From: a virus
Lineage: Duplodnaviria > Heunggongvirae > Uroviricota > Caudoviricetes
Length of the DNA stretch: 22,063 nt
Virus record (IMG/VR): IMGVR_UViG_2778261447_000003
Direction: 5' to 3' (one strand)
Part shown: one piece after another, positions 7,991-16,877 of the stretch
Layout of the letters: each line of letters opens with the position of its first letter
How positions within the stretch are numbered: the first letter of the stretch is position 1
Notes under the pieces: model-generated
What the model was told of the DNA's origin: nothing
The model's database searches: none
The model's input: the letters and a program-made list of their open reading frames with translations, nothing else
Position numbers and translations under genes: made by a program

Positions 7991-9315
7991 TGCACTGGCA
8001 CCTTCAGAGGGATCACCGGCACAAAGCCGGGATGCGTAATGGCATTACGCCGGATAATGTCCGCGTCACGCGCCGCGTTATCAAACCAGGTCGCCACCAG
8101 CACCAGCGCGGGTAAAACCTCATCCGGTGTGCGCTGAATGATCCGTGCAGACTGTTCAAGGCGCGTGTTGATATCCGCATTCAGATCTGCTTTCACCCGG
8201 CGCAGCGCCAGAAACAGCGCATCGCTGGTTATACGGGACAACTCCTTATCAATTGCCGTATTCAGTGTGTCGCGAATGTCAGTCAGTTCTTCCCACGTCG
8301 GCAGGTCAACCGTGTTTTTCACCGCCGGTGCATTGTTCAGTGCCGGATGCGTGACGGAAGGCCAGCCAGTGCTCTGCGCGGGTGTTGTTGCCTGCCCCAC
8401 TGCGGAATTCTGCATCACCGCGGAAGTTGTTGGCGCAGGCAATCGGGTGACGGCATACGCCGCTTCGCTGATTGCGGTCGTACGAAGGGTGCTGGCAACC
8501 ACGTTACGCTGCTGCGTCGCCGTGGCGGTGGTTTTACTGTCCGTTTTCCAGACGCCGCGCGGTTGCAGATCGCTGCCGAGGCTGACACCGGAAAGCGTTT
8601 TGATCATGGTGACCAGGTCGCTGGCGTTACCATAAAGGCGTTTCCCGGTACGCCACATTTTCTGCACCTGCTCAACGAAATTTTTGCCTGACGATGGCGG
8701 CGGCAGAAGTACCGAGATATCCCCCTGCAACAGCCTGGCGGCATCCGATACGGCAGAATCCACCACTTTCATCGCATCAGAAACATACCCAAGCATTGTG
8801 CTGGCATTACCGACGACGTCGTTCTGCACAAAATCTGCCACGCCATCGATACTGAAACCACTGAAGCTGTCACTGATGCAGTCATCCAGTGCAGAACAGG
8901 ATGACATCAGCGTCTGCGCCGTCGCCGCACCTGAAGTGGGGTAAGAGAGTTCTCCCGCTTCGACAAACTTCAGGTCAAAGCGGACAATACGCCCTTCACT
9001 CTTCGATGTGCTGACCCGAACTTCCCCGTCAACACAGACTTTCAGCTCACCGTAAGTCGGATGGACAAGCGTGCCGGGACCGGGTTTATTCAGCGCGTCA
9101 ATCAGGCGATCGCGCTGGTCAAAGCAGTCATCTCCCACCACATAAGCTGTGATGGACGGGCGGAAAGTGATTTTCCCCAGGTCTTCGGTATAGGGTTTGT
9201 CGCGGTTCGGGTATTCGTGCGTTTCCACACGACGACCGGTTCCCGCACTTTCTTCTTCAACCTTAAACGGCACACCGCGAAATGACGCGTCCTGAAGTCT
9301 GTCTTTCCACGTCAT
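7987..9315 (-). CDS. Mu gp43-like DNA circulation protein (about 442 aa)
   Basis: N-terminus MTWKDRLQDASFRGVPFKV matches the DNA-circulation N-terminal domain as I recall it. I prefer the ATG at 9313-9315 (GGAG Shine-Dalgarno 8 nt upstream) to the track start 9357, which lacks one. Confidence 0.7.
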   Translation of the reverse strand: MTWKDRLQDASFRGVPFKVEEESAGTGRRVETHEYPNRDKPYTEDLGKITFRPSITAYVVGDDCFDQRDRLIDALNKPGPGTLVHPTYGELKVCVDGEVRVSTSKSEGRIVRFDLKFVEAGELSYPTSGAATAQTLMSSCSALDDCISDSFSGFSIDGVADFVQNDVVGNASTMLGYVSDAMKVVDSAVSDAARLLQGDISVLLPPPSSGKNFVEQVQKMWRTGKRLYGNASDLVTMIKTLSGVSLGSDLQPRGVWKTDSKTTATATQQRNVVASTLRTTAISEAAYAVTRLPAPTTSAVMQNSAVGQATTPAQSTGWPSVTHPALNNAPAVKNTVDLPTWEELTDIRDTLNTAIDKELSRITSDALFLALRRVKADLNADINTRLEQSARIIQRTPDEVLPALVLVATWFDNAARDADIIRRNAITHPGFVPVIPLKVPVQ

Positions 9316-9330
9316 ATAAACTCCGTACAT

Positions 9331-9356
9331 AAAAAATCCCACCGGAGTGGGACTCA
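9331..9356 (-). terminator. Terminator-like hairpin with U6 tract between the tape measure and DNA-circulation genes
   Basis: Minus strand reads tcccac-tccg-gtggga followed by TTTTTT: a 6-bp stem with a 4-nt loop. Weak stem, so possibly an attenuator rather than a full terminator. Confidence 0.3.
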
Positions 9357-9375
9357 TTAACAGATTAATTTTTCA

Positions 9376-11211
9376 TTACCTGCCAAAGCGCGTATAGCCA
9401 ACATCATGGCTGACATCAAAACCGCTGGATCGCGTTTCCATAACCCGCATACCCGGAGGCGAATTCATAAAAGAGACCTTGATCTCACCATCAACTTTTG
9501 GCGCAGAAGCTTTGTTAATCATGAAGGGATTCGGGCCTGTGGCACCGGAGGCGTTGTTTGACTGAGCCGGATCTACCGCCGGATAAGGTGTGTATCCCCG
9601 CGCCGGTATTCCCGTCCCATAAGCATCATAAGCACCCGCGCCCCACTGCGCAGAGTTAATGGCATCGACCGTGTCACCGGAACTGTCGGTAAACCACTCA
9701 ATAATTGGCTTCAGCTTGTCCCACATATCCTGAAACCACTTAACAACCGGCCCCCAGTTATTGATCACCATCCCCAGCGGCGACCAGGCAAAAACTTTCT
9801 TAAGGAGTTCCCAGCCAGCCTCAAAATAAGGACCAATGGTTTCCCAGAGTTTCTTAAAATAAGGTCCGACAACATCCCAGTTAGTGATAATTAATCCCGC
9901 AGCCAGGGCTATCGCCGTCGCAATCATGCCAATCGGCGTCATCGACATGATCCTGCTGACAATACTGATGGCACCGCCAACGCCCATCAATCCCAGTTTC
10001 AGAATCGCAAGACCGGCAGCAAGCCCGACGACGCCGCGAATAACCCGGGGATTTTCATCCGCAAACTTCGTGAATTTTTCCCCCAACTCCCCCAGCCATT
10101 GCGTGATATTTTTAGCGTCACCAGAAAATGCGCCGCCAATAGCTGCAAGACCGTTAGTTGCGGTCCCCGTCATTGCCTCCCACAGGTTGGACAGCGTACC
10201 AAGCTGGGCCTGAACACGTTTATTCAGGCTGGCCTGTTTATTCATCTTCTGCTGGATCTGATCGTAGCCATCCTTTCCTTTATCGATCAGAGCATTGACC
10301 ACCTGAAGGGTTTCGGCATCATCACCAAATATTGCCTTAAGTACACCGGTTCGCTTAACGTCGGTCAGTTTTCGCAGCTTTGCCAGTTGCCTGAACATGT
10401 TATCAAGACCGCCAAAACTCCCTTTGCCATCAGTAAAATCGAGCTGTACCCCGAGTTTCTGGCGGGCCATGATTTTATTGACGTCCCTGATTTTCTTAAC
10501 GCTTAATCCGGACTGGATAACTTTTCGCAGGGCATTACCTGCCGACTCCCCGTTCATCCCCATCTGATCCATCATGACACTGATGGGGGCAAGACTCTGT
10601 GCAGCCTGAAGACCGTCCTTATTCACCATCTTCAGAACAGAGCTGGTTTTAGTGAAGAATGACAGCATGTTGGTGTCGTCAACGCCCAGATAAAACGCCT
10701 TCTGAATTGTGTCGAACAGCCCCATCATGTCTTCTGAGGCCGTTCCGGTAGCATCCTGCATCTTTGCGGCAAACTCGGCAGCCGCTTCCGGTGTTTTTTT
10801 CAGTTGTACCGCAAGATAAGCTGTCGCTTTACCCACACCACCCAGAATGTTTTCTGCCGGGATCCCCTGACGCACCAGCATCTGCATCATGTTCTGGAAA
10901 TCAGCCGTTGTACCGGGTAGCTGGTTACCCAGGCCAATAGCCAGTTTATTGATGTCCTGAAAGCTCTTTCCAACCTCGCCGTTCGCATCCATCATGGCGA
11001 CTTTCAGCCCGGTAGCGGCGTTTTCCTGATCGGCATAAGATTTCAGGGAAAGCGTCAGCCCCGCTGCCAGTCCGCCACCAAGCGCCAGCCCACCCTGTGA
11101 CGCCTCTTCCGCCTGGCGTTTAAATCCCCGGATTTTCTTTTGCATTTTCGACAGCGCGGGAGAAAGCCTGTCGACACCGGTGATCAACGCCTTAAGCTCA
11201 AATTCAGCCAT
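9376..11211 (-). CDS. Tail tape measure protein (611 aa)
   Basis: Large protein rich in Ala, Gly and Met with a hydrophobic Gly-rich central segment, directly downstream of the chaperone frameshift pair. ATG has an AGGAGA Shine-Dalgarno. Confidence 0.85.
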   Translation of the reverse strand: MAEFELKALITGVDRLSPALSKMQKKIRGFKRQAEEASQGGLALGGGLAAGLTLSLKSYADQENAATGLKVAMMDANGEVGKSFQDINKLAIGLGNQLPGTTADFQNMMQMLVRQGIPAENILGGVGKATAYLAVQLKKTPEAAAEFAAKMQDATGTASEDMMGLFDTIQKAFYLGVDDTNMLSFFTKTSSVLKMVNKDGLQAAQSLAPISVMMDQMGMNGESAGNALRKVIQSGLSVKKIRDVNKIMARQKLGVQLDFTDGKGSFGGLDNMFRQLAKLRKLTDVKRTGVLKAIFGDDAETLQVVNALIDKGKDGYDQIQQKMNKQASLNKRVQAQLGTLSNLWEAMTGTATNGLAAIGGAFSGDAKNITQWLGELGEKFTKFADENPRVIRGVVGLAAGLAILKLGLMGVGGAISIVSRIMSMTPIGMIATAIALAAGLIITNWDVVGPYFKKLWETIGPYFEAGWELLKKVFAWSPLGMVINNWGPVVKWFQDMWDKLKPIIEWFTDSSGDTVDAINSAQWGAGAYDAYGTGIPARGYTPYPAVDPAQSNNASGATGPNPFMINKASAPKVDGEIKVSFMNSPPGMRVMETRSSGFDVSHDVGYTRFGR

Positions 11212-11352
11212 GTGTGCGTTTCTCCTGCTCTATCCTGTTTGCCTGACTGACCAGCAAGGGAATTTCACTGATCGGCATATTCAGCAATTCGAAGGGATTA
11301 ATGCGCCAGTAGCTGGCGCAGTCAAAGAAGCGATCAGTGAGGTATTCAGCCG

Positions 11353-11622
11353 TCAGGCCTGGAGGAAAAAACCAGCCACAAGCCACGCCGCTGCATTCAG
11401 GTCTGCCGGAGACATCTGGTCGACAGAGCTTTGCGGCACTTTCGCCAGCCGCACAATGTATTTCGACACCACATGCGCCAGAAGTCTGACGGACTCATCC
11501 TGATTCATCTGGTAGGGATACCCCAGCTCGCGAACATCCTTCCCGGTGGGTTCATCAAACTCCAGTACGGAGAGTGTCTCACCATGAGCGATAATCGGTT
11601 TCTTTAACTCAAGCTCTTTCAT
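11353..11622 (-). CDS. Tail assembly chaperone (Mu gp41 / lambda G-like, 89 aa); zero-frame product
   Basis: Lies between the tube and tape measure genes. Contains a slippery heptamer 4 codons before its stop, with a -1 frame ORF continuing to the tape measure start. Confidence 0.65.
   Translation of the reverse strand: MKELELKKPIIAHGETLSVLEFDEPTGKDVRELGYPYQMNQDESVRLLAHVVSKYIVRLAKVPQSSVDQMSPADLNAAAWLVAGFFLQA
11365..11371 (-). other. Candidate -1 programmed ribosomal frameshift site (slippery heptamer T_TTT_TTC)
   Basis: Minus-strand codons GGT TTT TTC form the X_XXY_YYZ motif T TTT TTC in the zero frame. The -1 frame is open from here to the TGA at 11204-11206, which overlaps the tape measure ATG at 11209-11211; the predicted fusion is about 139 aa. 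Confidence 0.6.
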
Positions 11623-11978
11623 TACTGGTAATCCCCTTCTTCACCGTGGAACTCAAGATCAACCGTCCCTTCTTCGGCATTATGGTTCGCTTCTCCGTGC
11701 AGCCAGGCGGACGACAATACATAGACCTGACCGTTCGCCAGCTCGGCAGTGATGGTCATCTCATCAGACGAGGTGATTTTGTTCACCGGAAAATTCTTCG
11801 GCACCTTGAAGGTCCCTTTGACATAAGGCGCACGGTGAGTTTCCTTGCGGTCCACTGAACCGTCCAGGCCGATGATGTCATCATTGACCGTCCTGTTCAT
11901 GGGCACCTCAATGCCGCCGGTCAGCGATAGCTGCTGACCGTCAATTTTGAAATAACAGGTTCCCCCGATACGGGCCAT
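11622..11978 (-). CDS. Tail tube protein (118 aa)
   Basis: Immediately downstream of the sheath gene (start overlaps the sheath stop, TAATG); size fits a Mu-type tube protein. Confidence 0.6.
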   Translation of the reverse strand: MARIGGTCYFKIDGQQLSLTGGIEVPMNRTVNDDIIGLDGSVDRKETHRAPYVKGTFKVPKNFPVNKITSSDEMTITAELANGQVYVLSSAWLHGEANHNAEEGTVDLEFHGEEGDYQ

Positions 11979-13474
11979 TATGCAGACTCCTCTGAATACT
12001 GAAGACGGAACTGGTTAACCACGGCAAAAACACGCAACTGGTTAACATAGTCAGGCGGGAACAGCGTGTTCAGGCGGTTCGGATCGCTGGCATCACGCTC
12101 CACAACCAGGTACTGCTTAAACAGTTCGTAGTTTTCCACGATCCCCGCACGCTCAAGCTGACGGTAGGTTGCCAGCAGTTCCCCTTTGATTACCGCCGGG
12201 GTGACAATCGCCTGACCGGGACCAAAGCGGGTACCGTCGCTGGCAAGCTTGTGACGCCCGTACTTACTGGTAATGACGGATTTCAGTTTGCGCAGTACAT
12301 ACGCGCTGGTATGCAGCGTCTCGCTGTCGAGGTAGCTGTTATCCGCAACACCGTAAGCATTTTTCCTGTACGTGGTGACATCACGCTGAATGCGCAGCAC
12401 CCCGCTTTCGACATACGCCGTTGCCACGCCATGAGACAGCAGGGTCTGCTGCTCGGTCATCGTGAACCGTTTCCCCTTCGGCGCAGGCAACATACCTACC
12501 AGCTCACCGGTCTGCGTGGGACGTGCCGGATCGTTGCGGATAAACACCGCTGCGCGGGCGGTACGGCTTGCCGCCAGCTCGTCGGCAGGCGTCTGGGTCT
12601 CTTTTTCGTACCCCGCCAGGGTGATGTGCTGCTGGTTAAACTGGTCACCTGCGTTCACCAGTTCTGACAGTGTGCCGGTCTTTGCCGTATACACATGACC
12701 ATACAGCTGACGCGCATAGCTCCAGCGACCGCTGGTATCGTTCATCTCGGTCACCAGCGTGTTAACGGAGGCCGTGTCGTTGAACGGCAGACCGATATAA
12801 TCAAACGGCTCATCCGCCATTGCAGCCACCGCGCCGGTGAGAACCGGAGCGCCCGTTCCGGCGGTCCCCGTCGCCACGGCAATCTGTACGCCCGCTGGCA
12901 GTACTTCGCCCCCACCGAAGCCGTAGTAATTGAGGCTGACAGGAATTTCATTCCCGCAAAGCCCCTTATGACGCGCGGTCAGCGTGACAACACCAGCCGA
13001 AGATGAAGCTGTAAACGGCAGAGTCGGAACGGCATTGATGGCATCTTTGATACTGCTGGCAATCGTCGTGACGTTATCGCCGTTGGTCACCGGAGCCTGC
13101 ACGCGGGTACGTCCCACATAGACATTCACCGTGCCGCTTTCGGTTGCTTCCCCGGTCACCGTCAGCGTAACCGTTGCCGCCGCGCCTGTGGCTTCCGGAA
13201 CGGCAATCACATACAGCTCACCAAACGGGTCGGTCTGGCGATAAGCCTCGACCATACGCGCCAGCTGACTTCCCGCACCACAAATCTGGCGTGCATAGTC
13301 TGCCGACGGCATCAGCACCAGACTGTTGGCAACAATCTCTGCACCGTTATTGGCATGACCAATCAGCAGCGATGCTCCGCTGTCCTGTGCAGTATTCGCC
13401 GCCTGGTTATCCATTTCCGCATAAAACAGCGGAACCAGCGTATTCGACGGAATGGTGTTAAAGCTTATCGTCAT
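11978..13474 (-). CDS. Contractile tail sheath protein (Mu gpL-like, 498 aa)
   Basis: N-terminus MTISFNTIPSNTLVPLFYAEMDN resembles myovirus sheath N-termini; size about 500 aa; followed by tube and chaperone genes. Confidence 0.85.
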   Translation of the reverse strand: MTISFNTIPSNTLVPLFYAEMDNQAANTAQDSGASLLIGHANNGAEIVANSLVLMPSADYARQICGAGSQLARMVEAYRQTDPFGELYVIAVPEATGAAATVTLTVTGEATESGTVNVYVGRTRVQAPVTNGDNVTTIASSIKDAINAVPTLPFTASSSAGVVTLTARHKGLCGNEIPVSLNYYGFGGGEVLPAGVQIAVATGTAGTGAPVLTGAVAAMADEPFDYIGLPFNDTASVNTLVTEMNDTSGRWSYARQLYGHVYTAKTGTLSELVNAGDQFNQQHITLAGYEKETQTPADELAASRTARAAVFIRNDPARPTQTGELVGMLPAPKGKRFTMTEQQTLLSHGVATAYVESGVLRIQRDVTTYRKNAYGVADNSYLDSETLHTSAYVLRKLKSVITSKYGRHKLASDGTRFGPGQAIVTPAVIKGELLATYRQLERAGIVENYELFKQYLVVERDASDPNRLNTLFPPDYVNQLRVFAVVNQFRLQYSEESA

Positions 13475-13628
13475 CGGTGTTCACCTTTTTATTCACGCGC
13501 CGGATATCACCCGCTGCTTCACGGCGCAGCCAGTAGTTGTTCTCGTCAACATTTCGCCCTTCGGTGGGCAAAAGGTCACCGCGGGCAGGGTCAGGCACTG
13601 ACCGCCCTTTAACAGGTTTCACAAACAT
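13458..13628 (-). CDS. Small conserved phage protein (56 aa), not in the supplied ORF track
   Basis: ATG at 13626-13628; translation MFVKPVKGRSVPDPARGDLLPTEGRNVDENNYWLRREAAGDIRRVNKKVNTDDDKL. Stop overlaps the sheath start region. Resembles the small ORF found upstream of sheath genes in Mu-like tails. Weak ribosome binding site. Confidence 0.4.
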   Translation of the reverse strand: MFVKPVKGRSVPDPARGDLLPTEGRNVDENNYWLRREAAGDIRRVNKKVNTDDDKL

Positions 13629-13636
13629 GAAGATTC

Positions 13637-14197
13637 TCAGGAAGGAAGGGTTATTTCGGTGTGATGTTCGATATCGCCGTCAGGCCCGTTACCGGGATCG
13701 AGATAATCAACATCAATCGCCAGCGTTCGCAGTTCATCCAGACTGTTCAGGTCATCCTGCTGGCGGGTATCGTCTTCGGTCAGCTCGCTGATGACCGAAA
13801 AATCGAACTGATAAATCAGCTCATGACGATTCAGATCCAGTAGCGTGCCGCCGTCATAGGTAATCGGGTTACCGCACGCTTCCGGGTTCCAGCCCAGCAG
13901 GGCCTTAAAGAGCATCTGCCGGACATCGTCCACCACATCATACGAGGTAAACTGACCGCGCTCATCACGCCCGTTACTCAGTATGACAACCACGGAGAAA
14001 CCCTCTTTCAGCTCCTGCCAGTAGTCGGTCTGGCTTTTGTTTTCTCCCGGAGAATCATCACCCGGTACAACATATGCCGCCGGGAGTTTCAGCTTTCCGA
14101 CCTCCGGCAGATTTTTGAACTGGGCCGCGCCTGCAACCCGGTTTTCAAAATACGGACAGCGGGCACGCAGTGCAGCAATAACAGGCGTCAGTTTCAT
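13637..14197 (-). CDS. Mu gp37-like neck/tail completion protein (186 aa)
   Basis: Start overlaps the upstream stop (ATGA); position between head-tail joining genes and sheath. Confidence 0.55.
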   Translation of the reverse strand: MKLTPVIAALRARCPYFENRVAGAAQFKNLPEVGKLKLPAAYVVPGDDSPGENKSQTDYWQELKEGFSVVVILSNGRDERGQFTSYDVVDDVRQMLFKALLGWNPEACGNPITYDGGTLLDLNRHELIYQFDFSVISELTEDDTRQQDDLNSLDELRTLAIDVDYLDPGNGPDGDIEHHTEITLPS

Positions 14198-14700
14198 CTG
14201 TGTCGTCGCTCCGGCTTCAGTGATTTACGCAATTCCCGCGCCAGAAAATAGCGTGTCCAGCTGCGGTTCTTTTCAAGCGTTTCCACCATGAAGTTATTAC
14301 GTGGAGCCAGTCGCCAGCCGCTGCCACCGGATGCACCACGATGATGGCTGCGACGACGCTTTGCCCCTCGCCTCACGCCATAGAACAAAAAAGCCGGATA
14401 AAAATCACCGGTGATACGGCGGTTTCCCTCTCCATTACGCTGGTTAGGGGCTATACGTGCCATAAAACCAGGACGATGTTTACTGGCTCTGGGTACCATG
14501 TAACCAATCGAACGAGCCAGGCGTCCGGTCTGATAACCGGGGTTTTCACCCGGTGCCGACCGCGCACGGCGCATCACCAGCCGACGGGCATCACGCATAT
14601 GACGCTGACCAATCGTGACAAACGCCCGCCGGACACGGGCGCGGTTAAAGCGCATCTCCGCGGGCTGCTGAAAATCAACGTGCAAAAAGGAAGTCGCCAT
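14194..14700 (-). CDS. HK97 gp10-like virion morphogenesis/neck protein (168 aa)
   Basis: Arg-rich basic protein; ATG with GGAGG Shine-Dalgarno; position after the head-tail adaptor. Confidence 0.55.
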   Translation of the reverse strand: MATSFLHVDFQQPAEMRFNRARVRRAFVTIGQRHMRDARRLVMRRARSAPGENPGYQTGRLARSIGYMVPRASKHRPGFMARIAPNQRNGEGNRRITGDFYPAFLFYGVRRGAKRRRSHHRGASGGSGWRLAPRNNFMVETLEKNRSWTRYFLARELRKSLKPERRHR

Positions 14701-15085
14701 TGTTGCCTCCGTGACTCTGCGTAAATTCGCCCAGCTCCGTACACTCCAGCAGCAGAAAGCGCCGCGCCCCGTTCAGATCACGCTGACGTTTCACCCGGTA
14801 CACACTGTCACCGCAGACCACCTCATAATCAGCGGTGATCCCCCGGCGGTAGCGAATGGTGATGTAATGGGTGATGGCGTCTCCGGTCTGCGCGGTTTCC
14901 TGCCAGGTAGTGGCACTGGTCTGGACAACCTTCGCCCATGCCCGGAACGCAACCGGATATTGAGGCTCCACGCCAAAGTTATCCGCGGGCATATCCACCC
15001 GCTGGCGGATCAGGACGCGTTTATTCAGTTCGCCGGGGTCCGGCAGAATGTAGGTTGCGCTGGTCTGCGCCTGACGAATTTTCAT
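14675..15085 (-). CDS. Head-tail adaptor / head closure protein (136 aa)
   Basis: Start overlaps the stop of the connector gene (ATGA); size and position typical of head-tail joining proteins. Confidence 0.6.
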   Translation of the reverse strand: MKIRQAQTSATYILPDPGELNKRVLIRQRVDMPADNFGVEPQYPVAFRAWAKVVQTSATTWQETAQTGDAITHYITIRYRRGITADYEVVCGDSVYRVKRQRDLNGARRFLLLECTELGEFTQSHGGNNGDFLFAR

Positions 15086-15405
15086 TGCGGAAAGTACCTG
15101 TACGGGCCGACAAGCCAGCTAAAACTCTGCGGCATGTCGAGTTTCTCCACTTCCGTAACCGAAGAGCGGTTTTCGTAAAAATGGCTGATAAGCATCAGCA
15201 TCCCCAGACGAATATCATCCGGCAGGTGCAGCCCGTCCGGATCGCTGTCCGGAATGGTTTCATCCGGTGCATAGAGCTTCCGGTTCAGATACGTTTCCGT
15301 CCGCTTTTGCGCCGCACAGGCCAGCAGTTGCAGATGGCGGTCATCAGCATCGAAATCCTCATCCAGCCGGAGTTGGGCTTTAATCTCTTCCATTGTCAGA
15401 AGCAT
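15082..15405 (-). CDS. gp6-like head-tail connector protein (107 aa)
   Basis: Small acidic protein between the capsid region and the adaptor; typical location. Confidence 0.6.
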   Translation of the reverse strand: MLLTMEEIKAQLRLDEDFDADDRHLQLLACAAQKRTETYLNRKLYAPDETIPDSDPDGLHLPDDIRLGMLMLISHFYENRSSVTEVEKLDMPQSFSWLVGPYRYFPQ

Positions 15406-15407
15406 AC

Positions 15408-15608
15408 TCAGCCCTCTTTACTGGTCGTGGCTTTTTTCTCTTTTGCCGCTTTACTGCTTTTTGCACTGGTTCCGCGCTCTGCTAACCCGGCCTGAAGTGC
15501 AATCTCCTGCACCCGGGCAGGAAGCGCCCCGTCGTCATACTCACCGGCCCGAATGACCTCAACACGCATACCGTCCGGTGACCATTTCAGATCTTGTTTC
15601 AGGATCAT
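15408..15608 (-). CDS. Hypothetical small protein with Lys/Ser-rich C-terminal tail (66 aa)
   Basis: ORF between the major capsid gene and the connector gene; C-terminus SAKSSKAAKEKKATTSKEG. Function unknown. Confidence 0.4.
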   Translation of the reverse strand: MILKQDLKWSPDGMRVEVIRAGEYDDGALPARVQEIALQAGLAERGTSAKSSKAAKEKKATTSKEG

Positions 15609-15627
15609 GATTCTTCACCCGTCAGAA

Positions 15628-15652
15628 CAGGGGGCGCGGTTCCGCGCCCCTG
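15628..15652 (-). terminator. GC-rich hairpin immediately 3' of the major capsid gene (partial terminator or mRNA stabiliser)
   Basis: cagggggcgcgg-ttcc-gcgcccctg is a near-perfect inverted repeat located 6 nt after the capsid stop; only a short T tract follows on the minus strand. Confidence 0.35.
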
Positions 15653-15657
15653 AATGA

Positions 15658-16863
15658 TTACGCCGCTGCAATCTTCAGCAGTTTGATGGCCTGCGAATCG
15701 ACCAGCATCCCGCCGGTGCGCTTGGTGGTATAAAAACCGACAAACGGTTTATTGGTGTACGGATCACGCAGAATGCGGGTGCCGATACGGTCAACGATGG
15801 TGTAACCCCGTTTGAAGTTACCAAATGCAATGGCTTTCGCATCAGCGGCGATATCCGGCATCTGTTCGTTTTCAGCGATACCGTAACCCGCCAGAGAGGA
15901 CGGCTGCCCCAGTTCCAGCCCCGGACGCCACAGATAGTTACCCTCGCTGTCTTTCAGCAGACGGATGGCAAACAGGCTGTTGTTGTTCATCATGAACTTC
16001 GCGCCAGTGCGGTGTGCCTTACGTAGCGTGTAAATCAGTTTGATAATGGCGTCTGCGGTCACCGTCGTCGCTTCACCGGATACAATATGCTGAAGTTTGC
16101 CGAACGCCCGGACCTTGTCGGTTTCATCAGTGGATTCATACGCCAGGAACCCTTTCGGCTTCTTGGTGCCATCGCCTGAGGTAAAGGCAATTTCTTCCTG
16201 TTCGGCAAATTCGGTTGCCAGCTCGCTGTTGATCCAGGCCTCTACGTTGAAGAAGGCATCGTCCAGCATTTTCTGGGTAGCCTGCGGGTTGCCGTAGATT
16301 TCCCCCATGAGAGGTTCAATCAGCTCCAGTCTGGAGGTGGCAGTCTGGGATCGCGTATCCGTTTCCCCCACCCATCCGGAAGCCGTACCGCCCAGATTCA
16401 CCAGTTTTTTGTAGTCGGAACCGCCAACGGTGATCACCGTGGCTTCCTGACGCATCACCACTTCATCTTTCAGCAGGTTAAGAATGTTGCGATCCAGTTC
16501 TTCCGGCACGGCGTAGCCACCGTCTTCATCGGTACCCACCTGCAATGCCTTACGCTCCAGATCGCGCAGACCGTCTTCACGGCCTTTACGCAGGAAGCCC
16601 ACAAACGCCTCTTTATGCTCGGTGGCCAGTTTATTTTGCGCTCCACCAGCCGGACGTTTCAGCTCAAGCAGCTCTTTTTCAAGGTCGCTTTTGAGATTTT
16701 CCAGCTCGCTGAGTTTCCCGTTCAGGGTTTCCACCTGCCCGGCAAGCTTGCCTTTTTCCTGCTCAATCGCATCCACGCGCTTGTCGTTCTTTACTTTGAA
16801 GTCGTCAAACTTCTGCTGCAGCTCCTGCGCGATCTGTTCCACATCTTTAATATCAACCGCCAT
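15658..16863 (-). CDS. Major capsid protein, HK97 fold family (401 aa)
   Basis: N-terminal coiled-coil scaffold-like (delta) domain rich in E, K and L, followed by a capsid-like body; follows the prohead protease gene. Confidence 0.88.
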   Translation of the reverse strand: MAVDIKDVEQIAQELQQKFDDFKVKNDKRVDAIEQEKGKLAGQVETLNGKLSELENLKSDLEKELLELKRPAGGAQNKLATEHKEAFVGFLRKGREDGLRDLERKALQVGTDEDGGYAVPEELDRNILNLLKDEVVMRQEATVITVGGSDYKKLVNLGGTASGWVGETDTRSQTATSRLELIEPLMGEIYGNPQATQKMLDDAFFNVEAWINSELATEFAEQEEIAFTSGDGTKKPKGFLAYESTDETDKVRAFGKLQHIVSGEATTVTADAIIKLIYTLRKAHRTGAKFMMNNNSLFAIRLLKDSEGNYLWRPGLELGQPSSLAGYGIAENEQMPDIAADAKAIAFGNFKRGYTIVDRIGTRILRDPYTNKPFVGFYTTKRTGGMLVDSQAIKLLKIAAA

Positions 16864-16877
16864 CGTATTTCTCCTGA

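Noticed and set aside
9884-10506. Plus-strand ORFs of 109 and 135 aa within the tape measure gene
   Set aside because: Antisense to a long, well-supported gene; no independent signals.
14711-15495. Plus-strand ORFs of 155 and 185 aa across the neck gene cluster
   Set aside because: Antisense to four tightly coupled minus-strand genes with overlapping start and stop codons; typical GC-rich shadow ORFs.
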